Origin: Bacteroidaceae bacterium
GTDB lineage: Bacteria > Bacteroidota > Bacteroidia > Bacteroidales > Bacteroidaceae
DNA: 64,000 nucleotides
Reading direction: 5' to 3'
Assembly: GCA_963651205.1 (NCBI GenBank)
Contig: CAVJPC010000118.1
Location: 1,756-65,755 of the forward strand
A program made the position numbers and the translations under genes. The notes beneath the pieces were generated by a model, which was not told the origin of the DNA, searched no databases, and saw nothing but the letters and a program-made list of their open reading frames with translations. Below, piece after piece: positions 51,213-61,855 of the stretch. The stretch's first letter is position 1, and every line of letters begins with the position of its first letter.

Positions 51213-52364
51213 ATGAGTAGTAATACCAGCTTATCTTATAAGAGAGCCGCCCGCATCCTCACGGTTGCGTGCGGTCTTCTTTTCTCTGTTTTCTGTTTTG
51301 TATATCTTTTTGTGCTTCAGAAAGATGTAGTGGGAGCACTGCATTATTCGCTGTCACAAGGGAAAACACATTATTCTCCGTTGGTGGGGGCCGTTATTAT
51401 TACAGTGGTTTTGTTGATATTCCGCTGGGGGATAAACGGGTTGATGGGATTGAAAGGTCCTGTGAGGGCACTTTCTTATTTTCCGTCCTGCCTGCTGCTG
51501 GGAGTACTGACGAATGTGAACCGGAATATTTTTCATGGAGAAAGTATAGAGGATAAATGGCTTTGGTTATTACCGTTACTTTTACTTGTTTATATAGGTG
51601 TTGTCTATACATTACGACGCGTGTTTCGTGCGTGGCTGAATCAGGAAGGCTCTATATTGGGACTGATAAATTCTAATCTGGCTATTTTGACGCTTCTGTG
51701 CCTGATGACAGTAGAAATAGGAAATACGGATGTGAATTTTCATCATGAACTGGCAGTGGAACAGGCTATTCGCAATCATGATTATGAAGCTGCGCGTACA
51801 GTGGGAGCGGAGTCTTTGGAAACTACCTGTACCCTGACGGTGCTCAGAGCACATGCTATGTCCTTGGAAGGTACAATGGGGGAATATTTATTTGAGTATC
51901 CTCAATATTATGGCGTAGAAGGGTTGCTGTTTGAACCTCATTCTAAGGAAACTTTACGCTTGAATGCCGACAGTTTATATGCTTATCTCGGTGCAAAACC
52001 ACACGCTACAGAAAAGCCGATGGAGTTTTTGGCACGTATCTGTCAGGATGAGGTGGGCAAACATACCGCTTTGGATTATTATATGAGCGCCTTGCTGCTG
52101 GATAAGAAACTGGATAAATTTGCATCGGCAGTTGATGTGTATTGCTTTGAACAAGATACGTTGCCGCGTTATTATCGTGAGGCATTGGTGCTTTATAAAC
52201 AGACTCATCCCGAATATGGCAGAGGAATCAAGGATACATTGATGATGCAACGTTTGGATGAGTTTATAAATCGTCAGAAAGAATTTTCATCACCGATAGA
52301 AGAGAAGAACCGCATGCGGCGGGAATTTGGTGATACGTATTGGTGGTATTATCGCTATCAATAA
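51213..52364 (+). CDS. Membrane protein, DUF6057-like
   Basis: Several N-terminal TM segments; LPRYYREA and GDTYWWYY C-terminus. Confidence 0.65.
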   Translation: MSSNTSLSYKRAARILTVACGLLFSVFCFVYLFVLQKDVVGALHYSLSQGKTHYSPLVGAVIITVVLLIFRWGINGLMGLKGPVRALSYFPSCLLLGVLTNVNRNIFHGESIEDKWLWLLPLLLLVYIGVVYTLRRVFRAWLNQEGSILGLINSNLAILTLLCLMTVEIGNTDVNFHHELAVEQAIRNHDYEAARTVGAESLETTCTLTVLRAHAMSLEGTMGEYLFEYPQYYGVEGLLFEPHSKETLRLNADSLYAYLGAKPHATEKPMEFLARICQDEVGKHTALDYYMSALLLDKKLDKFASAVDVYCFEQDTLPRYYREALVLYKQTHPEYGRGIKDTLMMQRLDEFINRQKEFSSPIEEKNRMRREFGDTYWWYYRYQ

Positions 52365-52478
52365 GTTATTTTTATACTTTCCGGCTCTATATTTTTGCTA
52401 AATCGTTGGTACTTTCCCATGCTTTTTTACTAATTTTGCAAACTCTTAAAAAGGAAAAACAAAAATAACGATATAGCA

Positions 52479-53969
52479 ATGGCAGTAGAATTAAAAGAAC
52501 TTACCAAAAGAAGCGAGAATTATTCTCAGTGGTATAATGACTTGGTGGTAAAGGCCGACCTGGCCGAACAATCACCTGTGCGTGGATGTATGGTTATCAA
52601 ACCTTACGGATACGCCATATGGGAGAAAATGCAGCGTCAGTTGGACGATATGTTTAAAGAAACCGGTCACGTAAACGCCTATTTCCCGTTGCTTATCCCG
52701 AAATCTTACCTTAGCCGTGAAGCTGAGCACGTAGAAGGATTTGCCAAGGAGTGCGCTGTGGTTACTCATTATCGTCTGAAGAATGCAGAAGACGGTTCAG
52801 GGGTTATTGTAGACCCGGCTGCAAAATTGGAAGAAGAATTGATTATCCGTCCTACTTCCGAAACAATCATTTGGAGTACCTATAAGAATTGGATTAATTC
52901 CTATCGTGACTTGCCTATCTTGTGTAACCAATGGGCAAATGTAATGAGATGGGAGATGCGTACCCGTTTGTTCCTCCGTACCGCAGAATTTTTGTGGCAG
53001 GAAGGTCATACGGCTCATGCAACCCGTGAAGAAGCGGAAGAAGAGGCACAGAAAATGTTGCATGTATATGGTGACTTTGCTGAAAAGTACATGGCTGTTC
53101 CCGTAATCAAGGGAGTGAAATCTGCCAATGAACGATTTGCAGGAGCATTGGATACTTACACTATCGAAGGTTTGATGCAGGATGGCAAAGCTTTGCAATG
53201 TGGTACTTCCCACTTCTTGGGACAGAACTTTGCAAAGGCATTCAATGTGCAGTTTGTTGACAAAAATAACAAGCTGGATTATGTTTGGGCTACATCTTGG
53301 GGAGTATCTACCCGCTTGATGGGTGCATTAATCATGACTCACTCTGATGATAACGGACTGGTATTACCACCCCATTTGGCTCCTATTCAGGTCGTTATCG
53401 TTCCTATCTATAAGAATGATGAAATGCTGAAGAAGATTGACGCAAAGGTGGAAGGTATTGTCAATAAGCTGAAAGCAATGGGTATCTCTGTGAAATATGA
53501 TAATGCCGACAACAAGCGTCCGGGCTTCAAGTTTGCTGATTATGAATTGAAGGGTGTGCCTGTCCGTTTAGTTATGGGTGGACGCGACCTTGAAAACAAT
53601 ACAATGGAAGTGATGCGCCGCGACACGTTGGAAAAAGAAACTCGTTCTTGCGACGGAATTGAAGAATACGTACAGCAACTGCTGGAAGACATTCAGAACA
53701 ATATCTATCAGAAAGCATTGAACTACCGTAACGAACATATTGTGAAAGTAGATTCTTATGATGAATTTAAAGAACAAATAGAAAACGGTGGTTTTATTCT
53801 GGCTCACTGGGATGGAACTCCGGAAACGGAAGACCGGATTAAAGAGGAAACCAAGGCTACCATTCGCTGTCTTCCTTTCGAAGCTGATGAAGAGAGCTTG
53901 ACTCCGGGCAAGTGTATGGTAACCGGTAAACCATCTGCTCGCCGTGTTCTCTTTGCGAGAGCATATTAA
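52479..53969 (+). CDS. proS: Proline--tRNA ligase (archaeal/eukaryotic type)
   Basis: [29 protein letters not shown], terminal FARAY. Confidence 0.98.
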   Translation: MAVELKELTKRSENYSQWYNDLVVKADLAEQSPVRGCMVIKPYGYAIWEKMQRQLDDMFKETGHVNAYFPLLIPKSYLSREAEHVEGFAKECAVVTHYRLKNAEDGSGVIVDPAAKLEEELIIRPTSETIIWSTYKNWINSYRDLPILCNQWANVMRWEMRTRLFLRTAEFLWQEGHTAHATREEAEEEAQKMLHVYGDFAEKYMAVPVIKGVKSANERFAGALDTYTIEGLMQDGKALQCGTSHFLGQNFAKAFNVQFVDKNNKLDYVWATSWGVSTRLMGALIMTHSDDNGLVLPPHLAPIQVVIVPIYKNDEMLKKIDAKVEGIVNKLKAMGISVKYDNADNKRPGFKFADYELKGVPVRLVMGGRDLENNTMEVMRRDTLEKETRSCDGIEEYVQQLLEDIQNNIYQKALNYRNEHIVKVDSYDEFKEQIENGGFILAHWDGTPETEDRIKEETKATIRCLPFEADEESLTPGKCMVTGKPSARRVLFARAY

Positions 53970-54048
53970 ACTTCGACACATTATATTTTTAATACATTAT
54001 GTGGAGTCGGCAGCAGTGAATGCTCCCGACTCCTTTTATTTGGATGCA

Positions 54049-54669
54049 ATGATTAATATAGAGAATGTATCTATCAGTTTTGGCAACCTGACTCTTTTCA
54101 GAAGTCTTTACCTGCAAGTTCATTGTGGGGAAAGCGTATGTATTTGTGGCGGTTCCGGCAGTGGAAAAACCTCATTGCTAAAAGCTATACTGGGCTTTGT
54201 GCCTTTAAGTGAAGGCAGAATAGAGGTGGATGGCACAGTGCTGACGCCTAAAACGGCAGATCATATTCGCCGAAAAATAGCATGGATTCCTCAAGAACTG
54301 GCCTTGCCTTCGGAATGGGTCAGTGAAATGGTGCGAATGCCTTTTGAATTGAAGGCGAACCGTGAAACGGGCTTTAGCAGAGAGCGGCTGATGGAGTATT
54401 TTGCATTGTTGGGATTAGAGGAAGAACTTTATGACAAACGGGTGAATGAGGTGTCAGGCGGTCAGCGCCAACGCATCATGCTGGCAGTGACAGCCCTGCT
54501 TGACAAGCCTTTACTGATAGTGGACGAACCTACTTCGGCGCTTGACCCGGAATCATGCCTGCGGGTAATCGGATTCTTTAAATCCTTATGTAATAAAGGG
54601 ATGACTATATTGTCTGTTTCGCATGACAAGCAGTTCGCTGCCGGGTGCGACAAGGTGTTTACTTTATGA
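54049..54669 (+). CDS. ABC ATPase (FetA/YbbL-like)
   Basis: GGSGSGKT, VSGGQRQR, VDEPTSALD; adjacent to a UPF0014 permease. Confidence 0.85.
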   Translation: MINIENVSISFGNLTLFRSLYLQVHCGESVCICGGSGSGKTSLLKAILGFVPLSEGRIEVDGTVLTPKTADHIRRKIAWIPQELALPSEWVSEMVRMPFELKANRETGFSRERLMEYFALLGLEEELYDKRVNEVSGGQRQRIMLAVTALLDKPLLIVDEPTSALDPESCLRVIGFFKSLCNKGMTILSVSHDKQFAAGCDKVFTL

Positions 54670-54678
54670 TTTTGATAA

Positions 54679-55476
54679 ATGGGAACGATTGATATAGATT
54701 ATGGCAGCTTGGGAATAGGATTACTGCTGATGCTTATTCCATTTTATTTTTTATGGCGTTTCAAGACGGGTTTGCTCAAACCTGTTTTAGTAGGAACGGT
54801 GCGCATGATTGTACAGTTGTTTCTGATTGGTGCTTATCTTCGTTTCCTGTTTGAGTGGGATAATCCGTTTATCAATTTTCTATGGGTAATTATCATGGTT
54901 GGGGTCGCTGCTGAAACTGCCTTAACACGTACACGGCTGAAACGCGGTATTTTGATGATTCCCATATCTATCGGTTTTTTGGTAACGGTGGTGCTTGTGG
55001 GACTTTATTTTCTCGGCTTTGTGCTTAAACTGGACAATATATTCAGTGCCCAGTATTTTATTCCTGTTTTTGGTATAATCATGGGTAATATGTTGGGCGT
55101 TAATGTGATAGGGCTGAATACTTACTATGCCGGCCTGCGTCGGGAACAACAGCTTTATTATTATCTGCTTGGCAATGGTGCTACTCGTAATGAGGCCATA
55201 GCGCCATTTGTACGTCAAGCACTTATTAAAGCGTTCAGTCCAGGCATTGCTAATATGGCAGTGACTGGGCTTGTGGCATTGCCGGGAACGATGATCGGCC
55301 AGATATTGGGAGGAAGCTCGCCACATGTAGCTATCAAATACCAGATTATGATTGTTGTCATAACGGTGGTGGCATCCATGCTTTCTTTGATGATAACCAT
55401 TTTTTTGGCTTCAAGGAAATCTTTCGACAGTTATGGTCGGTTGCTACGGGTTCATAAGGATACGAAACTTAAATGA
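54679..55476 (+). CDS. UPF0014 / FetB-like ABC permease
   Basis: RMIVQL, GLVALPGTMIGQILGG, AIKYQI. Confidence 0.88.
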   Translation: MGTIDIDYGSLGIGLLLMLIPFYFLWRFKTGLLKPVLVGTVRMIVQLFLIGAYLRFLFEWDNPFINFLWVIIMVGVAAETALTRTRLKRGILMIPISIGFLVTVVLVGLYFLGFVLKLDNIFSAQYFIPVFGIIMGNMLGVNVIGLNTYYAGLRREQQLYYYLLGNGATRNEAIAPFVRQALIKAFSPGIANMAVTGLVALPGTMIGQILGGSSPHVAIKYQIMIVVITVVASMLSLMITIFLASRKSFDSYGRLLRVHKDTKLK

Positions 55477-55497
55477 CAGCATCAATATTTGGAAGAT

Positions 55498-55776
55498 ATG
55501 AATGAACAAATTTGGAAATATATAGCAGAATTACCGACTCCCGGTTTCTTTATTACAGCAGATATAATGCATGAGGGAGAAGAATTTCCTATAGATATAA
55601 AAGTATTTATTTATGAAAAACTAGCCTTGATAGAAGGAGGAATATCAGCACGTAAATTCAGTTTCCATGCAGGTGACTGGCGTATTTATCTTACTTTTTT
55701 TCCGACGAATCGTATCGTCGATGAGCGTTATGCCTTAAAGAACAAAATGATAAAGTTGGGAAAATATAAAAAATAG
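55498..55776 (+). CDS. Small hypothetical protein
   Basis: Clean ORF filling the gap between co-oriented genes; start uncertain. Confidence 0.55.
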   Translation: MNEQIWKYIAELPTPGFFITADIMHEGEEFPIDIKVFIYEKLALIEGGISARKFSFHAGDWRIYLTFFPTNRIVDERYALKNKMIKLGKYKK

Positions 55777-55837
55777 CTTTGTTGCTTTCTAAATTCGAAT
55801 GAATTGATTATCTTTGCAAGCAAATTTTCGCGAACAA

Positions 55838-56932
55838 ATGAAAATTAAGGAAATAGTAAGTGCCCTTGAAAGGTTCGCGCCTCTGCCTTTGCAAGACGGA
55901 TTTGATAACGCCGGATTGCAAGTTGGACTGACAGAAGCGGAAGCAACAGGGGCTTTGTTGTGTCTGGACGTTACTGAAGCTGTTGTGGATGAAGCTATAA
56001 CGCTGGGATACAACCTGGTTGTCTCGCATCATCCACTTATATTTAAAGGATATAAATCTATTACCGGTCGGGATTACATCGAGCGGTGTATTCTGAAAGC
56101 AATCAAGAATGATATTGTTATTTATTCGGCACATACCAATTTGGATAATGCGCCCGGAGGAGTCAATTATAAGATTGCCGAAAAAATAGGTCTTGAGAAT
56201 GTACGGATACTTGAACCCAAGGAGGATTGCTTGTTGAAACTTGTGACGTTTGTGCCGGATGCACAAGCAGATAAAGTGAGAAAAGCATTGTTCGAAGCCA
56301 GTTGTGGTTGTATAGGTAATTATGACTCATGTAGTTACAATTTAGTAGGTGAGGGGACATTCCGTGCACAGAAGGGAGCAAATCCTTTTTGTGGAGCGAT
56401 AGGTGAATTGCACCGGGAGGCAGAGGTGCGCATTGAAACAATTCTTCCGGCTTTTAAAAAGGCTGCGGCAATAAAAGCATTGTTGGCGATTCATCCTTAT
56501 GAAGAACCGGCTTTTGATCTTTATCCGTTAAAAAATACCTGGACACAAGTAGGGTCGGGTATTGTCGGAGAGCTAGAAGAGCCTGAGACTGAATTGGATT
56601 TTTTGAGACGCATCAAGAAAACATTTGAAGTGGGTTGCCTGAAACATACTCGTTTGTCCGGTCGCCTGATACGGAAAGTGGCTTTGTGTGGTGGAGCCGG
56701 AGCATTTCTTCTGCCAAGGGCAGTGGGGGCTAATGCCGATGTCTTTATCACAGGCGAAGTGAAATACCATGATTATTTCAATTACGAGAACGATATTCTG
56801 GTAGCTGAAATAGGTCATTACGAAAGTGAACAATATACAAAAGAAATATTTTATTCAATCATACAGGAAATGTTTCCGGAACTGGAAGTCCAGTTAACCC
56901 GGGTAAATACAAATCCTATTAAATATTTGTAA
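55838..56932 (+). CDS. Nif3-like dinuclear metal protein (GTP cyclohydrolase 1 type 2 family) with PII-like insert
   Basis: DNAGLQVG, SHHPLIF, HTNLD, HPYEEPA, GHYESE. Confidence 0.93.
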   Translation: MKIKEIVSALERFAPLPLQDGFDNAGLQVGLTEAEATGALLCLDVTEAVVDEAITLGYNLVVSHHPLIFKGYKSITGRDYIERCILKAIKNDIVIYSAHTNLDNAPGGVNYKIAEKIGLENVRILEPKEDCLLKLVTFVPDAQADKVRKALFEASCGCIGNYDSCSYNLVGEGTFRAQKGANPFCGAIGELHREAEVRIETILPAFKKAAAIKALLAIHPYEEPAFDLYPLKNTWTQVGSGIVGELEEPETELDFLRRIKKTFEVGCLKHTRLSGRLIRKVALCGGAGAFLLPRAVGANADVFITGEVKYHDYFNYENDILVAEIGHYESEQYTKEIFYSIIQEMFPELEVQLTRVNTNPIKYL

Positions 56933-56941
56933 GAAAAAACT

Positions 56942-57733
56942 ATGGCTAGAGAAGCAAAGAAAGACCCGAGCGAATTGACAGTGGAAGAAAAGCTGAAAGC
57001 TTTGTACCAGTTGCAGACCATGTTGTCTGAAATTGATAAGATCAAAACTCTGAGAGGTGAACTTCCTCTTGAAGTTCAAGACCTTGAAGACGAAGTGGCC
57101 GGTTTGAGCACTCGTATTGAAAAAATTAAAGCTGATATCGAGGAGTTAAAATCAAACATCGCAACCAAGAAGATTGAGATCGAAACAGCTAAGGCTTCTG
57201 TTGAAAAATATAAAGCTCAACAGGATAATGTACGCAACAACCGTGAATATGATGTCTTGACAAAGGAAATCGAATTTCAGTCATTGGAAATCGAACTTTG
57301 TGAAAAACGTATCAAGGAATACATTGCAGCAGAAAGAGCAAAGAGTGAAGAGATAGAGCATAGCACTCAGGAGTTGGATGAAAGAAAGAAGGACTTGGAA
57401 GCAAAGAAAGCCGAATTGGAGGAAATTGTTTCTGAAACCAAGCAGGAAGAAGAAAAACTGAGAGAGAAAGCTAAAGTATTGGAAACAACCATCGAACCGC
57501 GACTGTTACAAGCATTCAAACGTATCCGTAAAAACTCTCGTAACGGATTGGGGATTGTATACGTTCAGCGTGATGCATGTGGTGGTTGCTTTAACAAGAT
57601 TCCGCCTCAGAAACAGCTTGATATCCGTATGCGTAAGAAAATCATCGTTTGCGAATACTGTGGTCGTATTATGATTGACCCGGAATTGGCAGGCGTTATA
57701 GAAGAACAGCATTTGGAAACTGTCAAGAAGTAA
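56942..57733 (+). CDS. Coiled-coil protein with C4 zinc ribbon (DUF164 / CT398-like)
   Basis: Long coiled coil; CGGC...CEYCGRI. Confidence 0.9.
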   Translation: MAREAKKDPSELTVEEKLKALYQLQTMLSEIDKIKTLRGELPLEVQDLEDEVAGLSTRIEKIKADIEELKSNIATKKIEIETAKASVEKYKAQQDNVRNNREYDVLTKEIEFQSLEIELCEKRIKEYIAAERAKSEEIEHSTQELDERKKDLEAKKAELEEIVSETKQEEEKLREKAKVLETTIEPRLLQAFKRIRKNSRNGLGIVYVQRDACGGCFNKIPPQKQLDIRMRKKIIVCEYCGRIMIDPELAGVIEEQHLETVKK

Positions 57734-57838
57734 GCTTCTGACTATACTTTCTTTTCTTATTCAGAAAAGGAATTTATATCATTCTAAGTAAGACCGGACA
57801 CTTTTTACGGATCTTGCTTAGAATGATTTTTTATAATT

Positions 57839-58288
57839 CTATAGTTGCGAATAGTGTGGAATCTCCGGTAGGAAAGTATATTTCTTTGTATGATAGTCAA
57901 TGTGGCAGCAATAGTGGGCCAAGCCATTACTTACAATCAAATAATCGACTTTTAAAACCATGTTGTATCGGGTTATTTGGTCGAACACAGTTTGTGTAAT
58001 TTCTATATGCGGAGCCTTGTATTCCACAATCAGTTTGGCACTCAGATCTTTGTTATAAAGAACGGTGTCGCAACGTTTTTTTGTTCCGTTCAGGTCCAGT
58101 TGTATTTCGTTGGCCAGCAATCCCTTCGGATATCCTTTATGATCCGTCAGAAAATGAACAAAATGCTGTCTCACCCATTCTTCCGGAGTAAGGGCAACGT
58201 ATCTCTTGCGGAGCATGTCGAAAATAACATTTTTTCCATTTCGCTCCGCGATTTTAATTTCGTAGGATGGTAAGTTTAATGATAACAT
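57839..58288 (-). CDS. Stand-alone type I restriction HsdR N-terminal-like domain protein
   Basis: TPEEWVRQ, RCD...VEYKAP, Q...Y, SNG (PD-(D/E)xK-like). Confidence 0.85.
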   Translation of the reverse strand: MLSLNLPSYEIKIAERNGKNVIFDMLRKRYVALTPEEWVRQHFVHFLTDHKGYPKGLLANEIQLDLNGTKKRCDTVLYNKDLSAKLIVEYKAPHIEITQTVFDQITRYNMVLKVDYLIVSNGLAHYCCHIDYHTKKYTFLPEIPHYSQL

Positions 58289-58345
58289 TTAGTAAATTTG
58301 CATAAGTGTAACTCGGTAATAACCGATACAAAAATACAAAAGATT

Positions 58346-59122
58346 ATGAAAACAAAAGAGGAAATTGTAGCAAACTGGCTTCCCCGCTACACAAAAAGAA
58401 GCCTGAATGATTTCGGAGAATATATCCTTCTGACCAATTTTAATAAATATGTGGAACTCTTTGCCGATAAATTCAATGTACCGGTATTGGGGCGTGATGC
58501 CAATATGACTTCGGCGCATGCCGAGGGGATCACTATCATCAATTTTGGCATGGGAAGTCCCAATGCCGCCATCATTATGGATTTGCTTGGCGGTATCCAG
58601 CCTAAAGCGTGCCTGTTTTTAGGTAAATGTGGGGGTATAGACAAAAAGAATAAACTGGGAGACCTGATTCTTCCCATCGCTGCTATCCGCGGAGAAGGAA
58701 CATCCAACGACTATTATCCGCCTGAAGTGCCTGCTTTACCTGCATTTATGTTGCAGCGTGCCGTTTCATCAGCCATTCGTGACCATGCCCGTGATTATTG
58801 GACTGGAACGGTTTATACCACCAACCGACGTATCTGGGAGCATGATGAGGAGTTTAAGAAATATCTTCTTAGGACTCGTGCCATGTGTGTGGACATGGAG
58901 ACGGCTACGCTGTTCACCACCGGCTTTTACAATCATATCCCTACCGGAGCATTGCTTTTGGTATCCGATCAGCCGATGATTCCTGAAGGAGTAAAGACTG
59001 AAAAGAGTGACAGCATTGTAACTCAGCAATATGTGGAAGAGCATGTGGAGATTGGAATTGCTTCATTGCAGATGATAATTGATGAAAAGAAAACAGTCAA
59101 GCATTTGAAATTTGACTGGTAA
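58346..59122 (+). CDS. amn: AMP nucleosidase (short type)
   Basis: ILLTNF, NFGMGSPNA, FLGKCGG, DMETAT, LLVSDQP. Confidence 0.88.
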   Translation: MKTKEEIVANWLPRYTKRSLNDFGEYILLTNFNKYVELFADKFNVPVLGRDANMTSAHAEGITIINFGMGSPNAAIIMDLLGGIQPKACLFLGKCGGIDKKNKLGDLILPIAAIRGEGTSNDYYPPEVPALPAFMLQRAVSSAIRDHARDYWTGTVYTTNRRIWEHDEEFKKYLLRTRAMCVDMETATLFTTGFYNHIPTGALLLVSDQPMIPEGVKTEKSDSIVTQQYVEEHVEIGIASLQMIIDEKKTVKHLKFDW

Positions 59123-59133
59123 TTTTACTATAT

Positions 59134-60150
59134 ATGGCAAAAGAAACAACATACGAAGAAATAGCCCGTGACCTGAAAAACCGTATCTATAAGCCTGTCT
59201 ATTATCTGATGGGTGAAGAGTCTTATTATATAGACCGGATATCTGAGTATATAGCACAAACAGTGTTAAATGAAAATGAAAAGGAATTCAACCAGACTAT
59301 CGTCTATGGGGCTGATACGGATATAGCGACTATAATTAATGCAGCCAAACGGTATCCCATGATGTCCAAGTATCAGGTTGTAATAGTAAAAGAAGCTCAA
59401 AATATAAAGAATATGGAAGAGCTTACTTATTATCTTCAGAAGCCCTTGGACTCTACGATTCTAGTGTTGTGCCATAAACATGGTACATTGGACAGAAGAA
59501 AAAAATTGGCAGCTGAAATAGAGAAAGTTGGTGTTCTATTTGAATCGAAAAAGATTAAAGATGCCCAGCTTCCCGGGTTTATTGCTTCTTATTTAAAACG
59601 TAAATCAGTAGAAATAGAACCTAAGGCTTCAGAGATGATGGCTGAATTTGTAGGAGCGGATTTAAGTCGCATGGCTGGAGAACTGGAAAAATTAATTATT
59701 ACGCTTCCGAGAGGACAAAGACGTATCAATCCTGAGCAGATAGAACGCAATATTGGCATAAGCAAGGATTATAATAATTTCGAGCTCAGAAATGCCCTGG
59801 TGGCAAAGGATGTTTTCAAGGCAAATCAGATAATAAAATATTTTGAAGAGAATCCAAAAACAAATCCTTTGCAAATGACCTTGTCTGTGTTATTTAATTT
59901 TTTCTCCAATTTGATGCTTGCATACTATGCTCCCGATAAGTCGGAACAGGGTATTGCCAATCAACTGGGGTTAAGATCGCCTTGGCAGTCGAAGGACTAT
60001 ATGGCTGCTATGAGAAAATATAACGGAATAAAGGTGATGCAGATTATTGGTGAAATTCGTTACTGCGATGCCAAATCAAAAGGAGTAGGTAATCCATCTT
60101 TAGGGGATGGAGATCTGCTACGTGAACTTGTATATAAAATTCTTCATTGA
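59134..60150 (+). CDS. holA: DNA polymerase III subunit delta
   Basis: KPVYYLMGEESYY, AKRYPMM...VVIVKEAQ, ELEKL. Confidence 0.93.
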   Translation: MAKETTYEEIARDLKNRIYKPVYYLMGEESYYIDRISEYIAQTVLNENEKEFNQTIVYGADTDIATIINAAKRYPMMSKYQVVIVKEAQNIKNMEELTYYLQKPLDSTILVLCHKHGTLDRRKKLAAEIEKVGVLFESKKIKDAQLPGFIASYLKRKSVEIEPKASEMMAEFVGADLSRMAGELEKLIITLPRGQRRINPEQIERNIGISKDYNNFELRNALVAKDVFKANQIIKYFEENPKTNPLQMTLSVLFNFFSNLMLAYYAPDKSEQGIANQLGLRSPWQSKDYMAAMRKYNGIKVMQIIGEIRYCDAKSKGVGNPSLGDGDLLRELVYKILH

Positions 60151-60171
60151 TTAAAGAAGAAAATAGATTCT

Positions 60172-60220
60172 ATACTCCCGATACTTTTATTTTAAAAGTA
60201 TCGGGAGTATTTTTTATTTT
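60172..60220 (+). terminator. Rho-independent terminator after holA
   Basis: ATACTCCCGATACTTTTA...TAAAAGTATCGGGAGTAT followed by a T-run. Confidence 0.8.
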
Positions 60221-60545
60221 TTCTCCGGATTAATTGCTTTCACTTTTCAGATAAGGATATTTATTTACATTTATTCTTTCATCTTTTTCTCATTTACTCT
60301 TTAGATGGCGGCTTTATTTTCTATTTTTCTAGATGAATGAATATCATTGATGAATAAATTGTTCTTAACTTGCTTATTTTTAGATAAATAGATTGTTTTT
60401 TGCTCTCTGAGAATCACGTATTCTAATGAAAACGTCCGTCTATGCGTAAATATAGTCGTATTTTGCTTTTTAAGCCTTGGTTTCAGATTAGCCCCTCTAA
60501 GATAATATGTCAAAAGTCAGAAGGTAGCTATCAGACTATTTGCTT

Positions 60546-60607
60546 GTAGGGATGGAATGCTTCCACTCGAATATATATAACAGTAATCAGATTTAATCCG
60601 CACCTAC
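60546..60607. repeat. REP cluster 8: degenerate REP doublet
   Basis: GTAGGGATGGAATGCTTCCACTC ... CAGATTTAATCCGCACCTAC. Confidence 0.6.
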
Positions 60608-61309
60608 AGCAAAAGGAAAGCAAAAAATATTTTTAAGGAATATTGCCATAGAATGAAATTCATAAAAGTCAAATCAGGAAAGAGAGAAAATAATGATGAA
60701 CTTTTTATTTAGGACAATGATAAAGAAGTAATGATCCTGAAAGAGAGAATACATAATTTATATAATTAAAGTGCTACCAGAACAGGGAATATTTACTTTT
60801 AGAAATTATTTGTATTTAACTCTGTAACTTTACGATTGTAAACGGGGTAAATATTGATATTTCATAGGCATTTAAGATTTAGTAATGTGAATATTACAAT
60901 TGTAAATAGGGTAGTGGCTATAAGTGAAGTTTAGAATTCTAAATGTGTATGAATAATTATTTATCCTCTTCTTTGTAGGTGTAATTCATTGAAAACCATA
61001 GGTTTGATTCATGTTGATAAAGCTGTTAATAACTTATTCGTCTTTCCTTTGTTTATATTGATGTGGTTATTTGTAAATTCATAGAATTATATATTTATAT
61101 ACTATAGATTACCAATGCTTTATGATGTTTTGTTAAAGTCTTGATTATACTGTATTTAACTGAACTTTACGACTGTAAACCTTCAAATATTTCCATTAAT
61201 ATATTATAATATACATTTGTGCGGTATACAATTATATATTGTAAATTTGCATTTATGAATTATATTAATTACTTTTGTATCTATGAATTTTAGCTTATTA
61301 CTTTTGTAA

Positions 61310-61762
61310 ATGAAGGAAAGAATCGCTCAAATCATCCAGAAAGAAGATATGACTGCAGCTCAATTTGCAGATAAGATTGGAATTTCACCTTCCTCTCTTT
61401 CTCATATCCTTAGTGGCAGGAACAATCCTAGCCTGGAAGTCGTCATGAAAATACACAAGGCGTGTGACTATATCAGTTTAGACTGGTTGCTCTATGGTGA
61501 AGGACAAATGGAAACAGATGTCGATTCGGATAATAATCTAAATTTTACCCCTTCCTTGTTTGACGAGAATTCGTTATTTGCACCCGAACGTCCGGCTTCA
61601 CCGGAATATCGCAAGGAAAATGAGGTTAAAGTACCACTTTATCCACCTAAAGAGATTGTGCGTGAGGAAATTAAGTATATAGAAATACCTGCTAAGAAAA
61701 TCACAGAAATAAGAATTTTCTTTGATAATGGAACTTATGAAACCTTTAAACCTGAAAATTAG
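61310..61762 (+). CDS. XRE-family helix-turn-helix protein
   Basis: MTAAQFADKIGISPSSLSHILSGRNNPSL, LDWLLYGEG. Confidence 0.9.
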   Translation: MKERIAQIIQKEDMTAAQFADKIGISPSSLSHILSGRNNPSLEVVMKIHKACDYISLDWLLYGEGQMETDVDSDNNLNFTPSLFDENSLFAPERPASPEYRKENEVKVPLYPPKEIVREEIKYIEIPAKKITEIRIFFDNGTYETFKPEN

Positions 61763-61816
61763 AGTAAGAATCCACTAAAATGCTCATCGGCAGAATAGTA
61801 TTTGGGTAAATTCGTG

Positions 61817-61824
61817 TATCTTTG
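61817..61824 (+). promoter_or_regulatory. Bacteroidetes housekeeping promoter -7 box for pyrKD
   Basis: TATCTTTG matches TAnnTTTG; the same box is seen at 52431 (proS) and 55809 (nif3). Confidence 0.6.
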
Positions 61825-61855
61825 CATAGAAAACGAATTTACCCAATTTTATTTC

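Noticed and set aside
57839..58288. Type I restriction-modification or defence island
   Set aside because: No HsdM, HsdS or helicase domain; neighbours are core genes.
60150..61310. Replication origin (oriC)
   Set aside because: AT-rich with weak DnaA-like boxes, but the + strand looks G/T-rich on both sides by eye (no skew switch) and no dnaA, dnaN or gidA is nearby. A cumulative GC-skew plot would settle it.
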